IMG/VR virus record: IMGVR_UViG_3300012940_000001
Coordinates: 1-58,150 of that record
Origin: a virus
Taxonomy: Duplodnaviria; Caudoviricetes
DNA: 58,150 nt
Strand: one strand, 5' to 3'
Shown piece by piece: positions 18,124 to 24,752 of this stretch; positions within the stretch are counted from its first letter, which is position 1; each line of letters starts with the position of its first letter. The notes beneath the pieces were generated by a model, which saw nothing but the letters and a program-made list of their open reading frames with translations, was not told where the DNA came from and searched no databases. A program made the position numbers and the translations under genes.

Positions 18124-18152
18124 AGTATACCATACTAGGGGGTCCTGGGCAA
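18124..18152 (-). promoter_or_regulatory. SigA-like early promoter
   Basis: TTGCCC-17 nt-TATACT; near-identical to promoter at 13610 from spacer into the leader. Confidence 0.75.
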
Positions 18153-18158
18153 GTCGTG

Positions 18159-18638
18159 TCAGGCTCCGGAAACGGGGGCCGCCAGTTGGTGGGCGGCACG
18201 GTAGTCCATCTCCGCTTGGGAGGCAGGTTCCTTGCCGATCGCGAGGGCGAGCGCGTACCGGGTGAGGACAACCTCGGTGCGGACGATCTGCACCTGGCAG
18301 GAGAACTGGTGGTCGAACGCGGCGTGTCCGAGGAACGTGAGGATGCGTCCGATGGACACGTAGGGTTCCTCGTCCTTGAACACGATCGTGTCGATGTTCT
18401 CGTCGCAGTCCTCGCACTTGATGTGGTACATGTACGTGTCCGGGGTGTCCTTGAGTTGCGCGTACAGCAACGCCGCCGCTTGGTTCGGGGTCTGCGGGTG
18501 CTCGATCAGGTACTTGCATTCCTTGCAGGTGACCTTCTTGAGCGCCAGCCGACCGGCTCCGGTGCGTTGGCATGCGTTGATGGTGAACGTGCCGCCGAAG
18601 TTCACGTCCGCGACGGCTGTGGGGATTGACCAGTGCAT
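18159..18638 (-). CDS. Hypothetical protein with two CxxC motifs
   Basis: GAAAGGA RBS; CKEC, CEDC. Confidence 0.7.
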   Translation of the reverse strand: MHWSIPTAVADVNFGGTFTINACQRTGAGRLALKKVTCKECKYLIEHPQTPNQAAALLYAQLKDTPDTYMYHIKCEDCDENIDTIVFKDEEPYVSIGRILTFLGHAAFDHQFSCQVQIVRTEVVLTRYALALAIGKEPASQAEMDYRAAHQLAAPVSGA

Positions 18639-18664
18639 GGTCGGTTTCCTTTCTGTGGTGCCCG

Positions 18665-18830
18665 GAAAGTAGTACTTTCGGGCGGTTGGTCTGGCACCCG
18701 GTTGGGTGTCAGGAGTTCCCGGCGTGCCGGGTTCCCGCACTGTCTCTCCGGCTGTCCGGAAAGTAGTACTTTCTGGTGGTGGTGCGGGGTTTCCGTGTCG
18801 CGTGTGGCGCGGCCGGAAAGTAGTACTTTC
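18665..18830. repeat. Three clustered 15-bp palindromes (18665, 18759, 18816)
   Basis: Each CCGGAAAGTAGTACTTTC in non-coding DNA. Confidence 0.85.
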
Positions 18831-18893
18831 GGGGGTTCGGTTTCCGGGCACACCAAAGCACCACCACTGGGGGTGGTTCTCTGGCGGGTCTGG

Positions 18894-18953
18894 TTAGTCG
18901 GGCAGGTTGCGGAGGTTGTCCAGCACCCAGTCCGTGCAGTCCTCAACGTCCAT
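18894..18953 (-). CDS. 19-aa micro-ORF MDVEDCTDWVLDNLRNLPD
   Basis: GAAAGGAG RBS, palindrome upstream, GC3-biased codons. Confidence 0.5.
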   Translation of the reverse strand: MDVEDCTDWVLDNLRNLPD

Positions 18954-18979
18954 GATGGGGACTCCTTTCAGGTTGTCCG

Positions 18980-18994
18980 GAAAGTAGTACTTTT
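18980..18994. promoter_or_regulatory. 15-bp palindrome copy (1 mismatch)
   Basis: GAAAGTAGTACTTTT. Confidence 0.7.
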
Positions 18995-19075
18995 CTGGCT
19001 ACCTGGAGGGCGCGACAAACCCAGGTTGGGGGGTGTCCTGTGGGGGGTGGTTTGCCGCGCCTTCGAGGTAGCCAG
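18995..19075 (-). other. 27-nt-arm RNA stalk with 27-nt loop
   Basis: 19049-19075 pairs with 18995-19021, 25 of 27 positions. Confidence 0.75.
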
Positions 19076-19123
19076 GGTAGGTTGTGTCAGTCGCCAAGTC
19101 GGGGCACGCCAAAGGGTGGTTGG

Positions 19124-19342
19124 TTAGTGGTCGGCGCGGTGGCAGTACACGCACTCGTAGGAGGGTGTGTCGTACACGCACCGGCTGTATTCCTTGGAGT
19201 ACCGGTAGGCGAGTTCGTCGTCGCTGAAGTACCAGATCGGTTGGTCTCCACTGTCCGGGTATGCGCGCTGGAACTCGGTCGAGGTCATGTCGGAGACGGT
19301 TTTGTCGGTGGCGAGTTCGGGGTGCAGGTTCGGGTTGGTCAT
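19124..19342 (-). CDS. Small hypothetical protein
   Basis: AGGAGG RBS; C-terminal CVY...CVYCH. Confidence 0.65.
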   Translation of the reverse strand: MTNPNLHPELATDKTVSDMTSTEFQRAYPDSGDQPIWYFSDDELAYRYSKEYSRCVYDTPSYECVYCHRADH

Positions 19343-19364
19343 GGTGTGCCTCCTGTCTCCCCCG

Positions 19365-19379
19365 GAAAGTAGTACTTTC
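19365..19379. promoter_or_regulatory. 15-bp palindrome copy
   Basis: GAAAGTAGTACTTTC upstream of RBS. Confidence 0.8.
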
Positions 19380-19496
19380 GGGGGTGTCGGGTGGCGTGCC
19401 ACGGCTAAGCGACTGACACTTACCGGGTGGATGTGGGATCGCTTGACAGCCCGGGCACCCTCAGTTTTGCTGATGGTTGGGTGGTTGGGTTGTCGC

Positions 19497-20129
19497 TTAC
19501 GCGACGACGGGGGCGAGGTTGGCGATGAGGTCGCGGACGGCGGCCTTCTCCGACTCGTCCAGGGTGTCCCACTTCGTGGGGATCACCTGGAGGACGGCGA
19601 CGATCGCGTCGTACGTGATCGCCTCGTCCGACTCTTCCTCCTTCTTGCGCGCCTGAGCGGCGGCCTTCTTGTCGGCGATGAGTCGGGACTGCGCGTCCTG
19701 GAACGCCTTCACGGGGTGCTCCCCGTTCTGGATCGCCTGGATCGCCGGGATGACGTAGTTGTCCTCCTTCTTCCGGAAGGACTGCGACGCGAGACCGAAC
19801 GCGGCCTTCGCGATCTGGTACGTGTCCTCACCCGGCGTCGTGTCCAGGTTCGCTCGCAGCATGTACTGCCACGTGTTCACCAGGTTCGTGACACCCGGAA
19901 CGGAGAGTTCCTTCTCCGCACGCCGACGCAGGGCCTCGTTCGCCTCACGAGCGAACTTCTCCTTGAGTTCGGCGGCCTCCTTGCCCTCCGTGTTCCCGAC
20001 GAACTCGAACGCGAGTCGCGCCTGGTGGTAGCGGAGGGAACCCGAATCCGTGATCTGAGCGAACTCAGCCACAATCTCGTCGAGGTTCCGCGTACGGGTG
20101 ATGGACTGCTTGACTGCGGTCTTAGCCAT
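19497..20129 (-). CDS. Hypothetical helical protein, first gene of early operon
   Basis: AGGAG RBS, strong codon bias. Confidence 0.8.
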   Translation of the reverse strand: MAKTAVKQSITRTRNLDEIVAEFAQITDSGSLRYHQARLAFEFVGNTEGKEAAELKEKFAREANEALRRRAEKELSVPGVTNLVNTWQYMLRANLDTTPGEDTYQIAKAAFGLASQSFRKKEDNYVIPAIQAIQNGEHPVKAFQDAQSRLIADKKAAAQARKKEEESDEAITYDAIVAVLQVIPTKWDTLDESEKAAVRDLIANLAPVVA

Positions 20130-20147
20130 GATGGCTCTCCTATTCTG

Positions 20148-20162
20148 GAAAGTAACACTTTC
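20148..20162. promoter_or_regulatory. Variant palindrome
   Basis: GAAAGTAACACTTTC. Confidence 0.65.
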
Positions 20163-20204
20163 CCGTAGGAGGGCAACCGGACTGCCAAGTCATCCCACAT
20201 CCAC

Positions 20205-20530
20205 ACACAGACACACTGGGGACGGGCGTCATCGGACACGTCGGAACATGCACCTAGAGGATAAGTCGCGGTGTGCTCACGTCGGACGTGGCGGAGGTCT
20301 GCCCTGACCACGCTAGGCGTGGTGACAGTGTGACCGTGCAATCTTTCGACCGTCAGGGGGCCGCGTGGCGGGTTGTCCCTGGGGTACTCCGAATACCGCT
20401 ATGACTCCGGTATCCGCATTCGGGGCGCGTTTGGTGGGTACGCGCGACACCCTTTTGTCGCTGAAAGTATTACTTTTTGAACCCGCGATCTGCGCGAGTC
20501 CTTGTTTGCCTCACCCCTTCCATCTGGTGT
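20205..20530 (-). ncRNA. Structured non-coding leader / candidate ncRNA
   Basis: No convincing ORF downstream of promoter 20537; multiple nested hairpins. Confidence 0.45.
20463..20477. promoter_or_regulatory. Variant palindrome
   Basis: GAAAGTATTACTTTT. Confidence 0.6.
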
Positions 20531-20536
20531 ACCACC

Positions 20537-20565
20537 AGTCTAGGCCCCCAGCCCACCCTACGCAA
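20537..20565 (-). promoter_or_regulatory. SigA-like promoter heading the leftward arm
   Basis: TTGCGT-17 nt-TAGACT. Confidence 0.7.
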
Positions 20566-20799
20566 CCCTCCACATACGCTCTCCGTTGTCTTGTGCTCTC
20601 GCGTGGTGGGGTGGTTATGTCCCACATTATTTGGGTGGGGTGGTTAGGTGTGGTTGGGGGGACATGACAGACAAGGGGAAGATTTGGTGTTTGGGGGGTG
20701 TTTGGGGGGTTTGATCAGGGGTTTTGCGGAAAAAGGGCTGATAACGTGTGGGTGATTGGCTCGATGTGCTGGGGGTTAGTGGACGATAATATGGGGGGT

Positions 20800-21273
20800 A
20801 TGGAAAAGAACGCTGTCCCTGTGTCGCTCGCCCGGTATCGGGGGGAGGTTCTGGAGACGGGTCAGGCTGTCGCGGTGAACGTGCCGAGGCGGCGGAAGCG
20901 TCGGAGAGGTTGGAGGGATCAGGTGTCTCTCGTCGATATGGGTGTGATGACCAGGCTGGAGTTGTCCGGGTTGGAGGCGCGTGTGCTGTTCGCGATGCTC
21001 GCGGCCGTCCCGGAGAAGGGTGGCGCTACCGCGTACATCACCCAGCAAGAAATCGCGAACCGGTTGGGGGTGCACCAGCCTTCGGTTGCACGGACGATGA
21101 AGGCGCTCCATGAGCGGAACATTGTGTGGCCCCTCCCGCAGAGGGGACGCTGGCAGATCAACTCGTGGCTCGCGTACAACGGCGACTTCGACTCGTGGAA
21201 CGCGGAAGCCGAACAGGACCCGGAACCGGTGTGGGTGCGTGGGGTGGACGTGAACACCGGGGAGGTCAAGTGA
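20800..21273 (+). CDS. Winged-HTH DNA-binding protein, RepL-like
   Basis: ITQQEIANRLGVHQPSVARTMKAL...WQINSWLAYNG. Confidence 0.7.
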   Translation: MEKNAVPVSLARYRGEVLETGQAVAVNVPRRRKRRRGWRDQVSLVDMGVMTRLELSGLEARVLFAMLAAVPEKGGATAYITQQEIANRLGVHQPSVARTMKALHERNIVWPLPQRGRWQINSWLAYNGDFDSWNAEAEQDPEPVWVRGVDVNTGEVK

Positions 21274-21482
21274 ACATCACCAGGAACGAGGGAGGACGCG
21301 TGATCTACGACCCGACCGACAAGGACATGGCACTCCGCGAAGACCTGGTACTCATGCACCGGGTGGTGTTCGAGGGTGAAGCGAACGGGAAGAGGACCGG
21401 GACCGTGGAACAGTGGGTGCCCCTGCATGAAGTGTTCAAGGCATCAAACCGGCCTGACGACTTCACCAGACCCTCCTGGTAA
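21270..21482 (+). CDS. Hypothetical protein
   Basis: GGAGG RBS, GTGA overlap. Confidence 0.6.
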   Translation: MNITRNEGGRVIYDPTDKDMALREDLVLMHRVVFEGEANGKRTGTVEQWVPLHEVFKASNRPDDFTRPSW

Positions 21483-21697
21483 TGTCCCACAATATGATCA
21501 CACCGGCACCGTACCCCGCCGACGCGTGGGTCGCTTACCCGCAGACCGTCCCGCCCAACCCGGAGCACACCTGGTTCGTCGCACGCACCGACAGCGCAGG
21601 ACAGGTCGACTACGTGCACCCGATCGGGTTCGACTCGTACGAGGAAGCAGTCCGCGGTGCGGCCCGGTTGAACCGCCGCGACGAAACGATCACCTAG
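21482..21697 (+). CDS. Hypothetical protein
   Basis: TAATG overlap. Confidence 0.6.
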   Translation: MSHNMITPAPYPADAWVAYPQTVPPNPEHTWFVARTDSAGQVDYVHPIGFDSYEEAVRGAARLNRRDETIT

Positions 21698-21745
21698 ACT
21701 CGACCTGATCCAGCCCAGATCAGCCGCGACCAGTACGCGGCCCAC

Positions 21746-21777
21746 AGCCCCCCACCTACCGAATCGGGTGGGGGGCT
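21746..21777. terminator. Hairpin between convergent genes
   Basis: AGCCCCCCACC...GGTGGGGGGCT. Confidence 0.6.
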
Positions 21778-21954
21778 TCACCGTGCACGACGCGACCGAC
21801 GCTTCTTCTCCGCCTTGATCAGCGCACGGATCGTCTCCGACACCGACCGGCCGTCCCGAATATCATGCAGGTCCGACAGGTCAACGTCATCCAGCCGGAA
21901 CTTGACGGTGTGCGTCATGGGCAGGGAACCGATCGGGGGACGAGCCATACCCAT
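21778..21954 (-). CDS. Small ribbon-helix-helix (CopG-like) protein
   Basis: TVKFRLDD...RSVSETIRALI; basic tail; start 21954 or 21948. Confidence 0.7.
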   Translation of the reverse strand: MGMARPPIGSLPMTHTVKFRLDDVDLSDLHDIRDGRSVSETIRALIKAEKKRRSRRAR

Positions 21955-21984
21955 ATTGTCCCACACAACCGTTACGTACCCCCA

Positions 21985-22010
21985 AAAAGTAGTACTTTCT
22001 CGCCTATCAT
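21985..22010 (+). promoter_or_regulatory. Palindrome + 5 nt + TATCAT, candidate late promoter
   Basis: AAAAGTAGTACTTTC-TCGCC-TATCAT before packaging genes. Confidence 0.55.
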
Positions 22011-22048
22011 GTCGCTTGGCAGAGAAGTACTTTCCAGGGGAGACGGTA

Positions 22049-22642
22049 GTGGCCGAAGCGGAACAGACACCTGGCGACGACCTTGACCGTCTTCCCGAAG
22101 ACCTCAGCATCCGCCGCATCCAGAAACGCATCGGCACCAACAAGGATGTGCGTGACGCGGAGACGATGAGCGAGGTCATGGCCCGCGGGATCGTCGCCCT
22201 CTGGACCAGAGGCGCGAACTACCCCGAAATCGCCGACGAGTTCGGGATCAGTGTCGCCACCGCACGCATGGCCGTCGAACGCGTCCTCGCTGACAGCCTC
22301 GACGACAACGAAGACAAGACCAAACAGCGTCAGCGGGTCGCGTTGCAGTTGGACGCGTTCCTCCGCTCGGTTGTGGACCGCGCCCTCGACAAGGAAGACG
22401 ACCAGCAGTTGGCGTACCTCCGCGCCGCCATGCAGGTCGTCGACCGCAAAGCCCGCCTCCTGGGCCTCGACGCACCCATCAACGTCCAGTTGGGCCTCCC
22501 CTCCAAGGACGAACTCGACCAGTGGGTCGCCGCAGTCGCCGCGTTCAACGGTGCCACCATGCCCATCGAAGGCGACCCGTTCGAGGAACTCACCATGGAA
22601 CAGGACCCGGACACCGGGGAATGGCGGGAAGCGGATGATTGA
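22049..22642 (+). CDS. HTH protein, probable terminase small subunit
   Basis: GANYPEIADEFGIS HTH, KARLLGLDAP; upstream of large terminase. Confidence 0.7.
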   Translation: MAEAEQTPGDDLDRLPEDLSIRRIQKRIGTNKDVRDAETMSEVMARGIVALWTRGANYPEIADEFGISVATARMAVERVLADSLDDNEDKTKQRQRVALQLDAFLRSVVDRALDKEDDQQLAYLRAAMQVVDRKARLLGLDAPINVQLGLPSKDELDQWVAAVAAFNGATMPIEGDPFEELTMEQDPDTGEWREADD

Positions 22643-22946
22643 CGAGGAAATCCGCCTCCAGATCGAAGCGCAGATGCCCGAAAAGCGGGTATCCGCCCGG
22701 TTCTCCACGTTCCCGAGCGCGCTCGCGGAGATAGAAGACGCCGCGTTCAACCGCCGCATGATCACAGCCGAGTACGTGGGCCGTGCCGCGCTCGCTTTCG
22801 CCGTGTACGACAGCCAGGGCGAGGTCATGTGGGACGAAATCATGCAGAAAGAACCCCCGCTGAGCAACATCGTCCTCGGCGGGTACCAGAAAGAACGCCT
22901 CAGGGGGCGCGGGCACGGTGACTGGAAGATCGTGAGGCTCAGATGA
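22635..22946 (+). CDS. Hypothetical protein
   Basis: Fills gap with overlaps at both ends. Confidence 0.65.
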   Translation: MIDEEIRLQIEAQMPEKRVSARFSTFPSALAEIEDAAFNRRMITAEYVGRAALAFAVYDSQGEVMWDEIMQKEPPLSNIVLGGYQKERLRGRGHGDWKIVRLR

Positions 22947-24409
22947 CCACCAGAACCCCCTTCCCCGACGACCAGGAACCCGACGACGAGTTCCCCGGCC
23001 TGCTCACGCCCGCCGAAATCAAGGCAATGGCCGAAGGATGGTCCCCGGAAGCCCGCGCACAGGCCGCATCGGCCGTCGAAGACCTTGTGGAGGGCCGTCG
23101 ACGCGCCTGGTACTGCGCGAAACCGGGCCGCAACTGCGACGGGAAGCCGCACAAGGGGTACCCGTACCCGCATGCACGCTCCGACCAGTGGCCCCCGCCC
23201 GGTGTGGACTGGTTCACCTGGTTCCTGTCCGGTGGACGCGGGTCCGGGAAGACCAGAACCGGTGCCGAGTACACCCGGAAGATGAGCGAACGCGTCGGCC
23301 GCATGGCGTTGATCGCCCCGACCGGCGCTGACGTGCGTGACACGATGATCGAGGGCGAATCGGGCATCATCGCCGTCTGCGCGTACGCCGGTCAGCCCGT
23401 CAAGTGGGAACCGTCGAAGCGTCGCCTCACGTTCGCGTCCGGGTGCATCGCCACCACGTTCTCCGCTGAGGAACCCGACCGTCTCCGCGGCCCCCAGCAC
23501 GGGTTCGCGTGGCTCGACGAACCCGCGCACATGCCGCTCATCGAGGAAGTCTGGTCGAACCTGATGTTCGGTCTGCGCCTCGGGAACCGCCCCCACGTCG
23601 TGCTGACCTCGACACCCCTGCCGACGAAGTGGGTGCGAGATATTCAGTCGCGGGAGAACACCCGCGTCGTCCGCGTATCCACCTACGCGAACCTCGACAA
23701 CCTCGCCCCGAACTTCAAGGAAGAGGTCATCGCCGCGTACGAAGGTACCCGCAAGGGACGCCAGGAGTTGTACGGCGAACTCCTGCTCGACGTGGAAGGT
23801 GCACAGTGGCAGGAAGAGTGGCTCCAGCGGTGGCCGCGTGACACCGACCTTCCCGAGTTCGACCGTATCGTTGTCGCGATCGACCCTGCCGGATCGCAGA
23901 ACAAGCGCTCCGACGAGACCGGCATCGTCGCCGCCGCACGCTCCGGGAAGCGCGGCTTCGTCCTCAAGGACGCGTCCGGGAAGTACAGCCCCCAGGGTTG
24001 GGCGCGCATGGCCCTGTCGATCTACCGCGACCTGGAAGCGGACGCGATCATCGCCGAGAAGAACTTCGGCGGCGACATGGTGAAGAAGGTCATCGAGACA
24101 GAAGCCGAAGCAATGGGCATCACGCCTCGTATCATCGTGAAGCAGGCGATGCGCTCGAAGGCGCTCCGCGCGGAACCGATCGTCGGCCTCTACGAACAGT
24201 CCCGCGTGTACCACAGCGGAGACCTCGCGGAACTGGAAACCGAAATGCTGACATGGGTTCCGGGTGAAGGACCGTCGCCCAACCGGGTCGACGCGCTCGT
24301 GTGGGCGCTCGACGAACTGATCAACGCCACGAGCGTCGCCAACATCAAGAGCGCCAGAGGCGCTACGATTCGCCGCAGGGGCGGTTGGCGTGATAGGAGG
24401 TCCGCGTGA
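22943..24409 (+). CDS. terL: Terminase large subunit
   Basis: GGRGSGKT, WLDE, AIDPA..DETG, DALVWA. Confidence 0.95.
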   Translation: MTTRTPFPDDQEPDDEFPGLLTPAEIKAMAEGWSPEARAQAASAVEDLVEGRRRAWYCAKPGRNCDGKPHKGYPYPHARSDQWPPPGVDWFTWFLSGGRGSGKTRTGAEYTRKMSERVGRMALIAPTGADVRDTMIEGESGIIAVCAYAGQPVKWEPSKRRLTFASGCIATTFSAEEPDRLRGPQHGFAWLDEPAHMPLIEEVWSNLMFGLRLGNRPHVVLTSTPLPTKWVRDIQSRENTRVVRVSTYANLDNLAPNFKEEVIAAYEGTRKGRQELYGELLLDVEGAQWQEEWLQRWPRDTDLPEFDRIVVAIDPAGSQNKRSDETGIVAAARSGKRGFVLKDASGKYSPQGWARMALSIYRDLEADAIIAEKNFGGDMVKKVIETEAEAMGITPRIIVKQAMRSKALRAEPIVGLYEQSRVYHSGDLAELETEMLTWVPGEGPSPNRVDALVWALDELINATSVANIKSARGATIRRRGGWRDRRSA

Positions 24410-24744
24410 CGGCGGCGCTGGACAACATCTACATCGCCATACTCGCGATCGTCGTCGGCATCCTCGGCGTAGCGCGTCTGACGCGCGTTGTCGTGTACGA
24501 CGACTTCCCGCCTGCCGTGTGGTGGAGGGTCACCTGGTCCCGCATCACAAACGACGGCCCCTGGTCGAAGTTGTTCCTCTGTTGGTGGTGTCTGTCGTCG
24601 TGGGTTGGGCTGGTCTGTATCGTCTGGTTCCTGCTCACCGACCTGCACCCGATCTTCCTGTACTCATGGTGGATCGTGTGGGGCATGCTCGCCCTCGGGT
24701 ACGCCGCCGCCATGGTGATCGTTCGCGACGAACCTAAGGAGTAG
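24406..24744 (+). CDS. Membrane protein (DUF1360-like)
   Basis: ARLTRVV..D, CWWCLSSW, 3 TM. Confidence 0.7.
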   Translation: MTAALDNIYIAILAIVVGILGVARLTRVVVYDDFPPAVWWRVTWSRITNDGPWSKLFLCWWCLSSWVGLVCIVWFLLTDLHPIFLYSWWIVWGMLALGYAAAMVIVRDEPKE

Positions 24745-24752
24745 GACGCACG

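Larger units (their letters stand above)
19084..19419 (-). other. Long-range RNA stalk enclosing gene 19124-19342
   Basis: 19392-19419 pairs with 19084-19111, 25 of 28 positions. Confidence 0.75.
19427..20204 (-). other. Long-range RNA stalk enclosing gene 19497-20129
   Basis: 20169-20204 pairs with 19427-19462, 33 of 36 positions including 4 G-U on the minus strand. Confidence 0.8.

Noticed and set aside
18639-18851. N-terminal extension of the 18159 gene with ESTTF repeats
   Set aside because: Arises from translating the palindromes; the strong RBS points to ATG 18638
18665-19379. CRISPR-like array from clustered palindromes, with a Cas4-like gene present
   Set aside because: Repeat only 15-18 bp, spacing irregular (94, 57, 164, 385 nt), copies dispersed genome-wide; the Cas4-like gene sits in an ordinary exonuclease-annealase module
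19427-20204. Insertion sequence or invertible segment bounded by inverted repeats
   Set aside because: No transposase or invertase motifs in the enclosed ORF; mismatches are mostly strand-specific G-U pairs, favouring RNA structure
20340-20360. Hammerhead-like CUGA...GAAA on the minus strand
   Set aside because: Core reads CUGACGG rather than CUGANGA and there is no stem II; better explained as a GNRA tetraloop
19084-20530. Retron or group II intron-type element
   Set aside because: No reverse transcriptase motif recognised in any ORF
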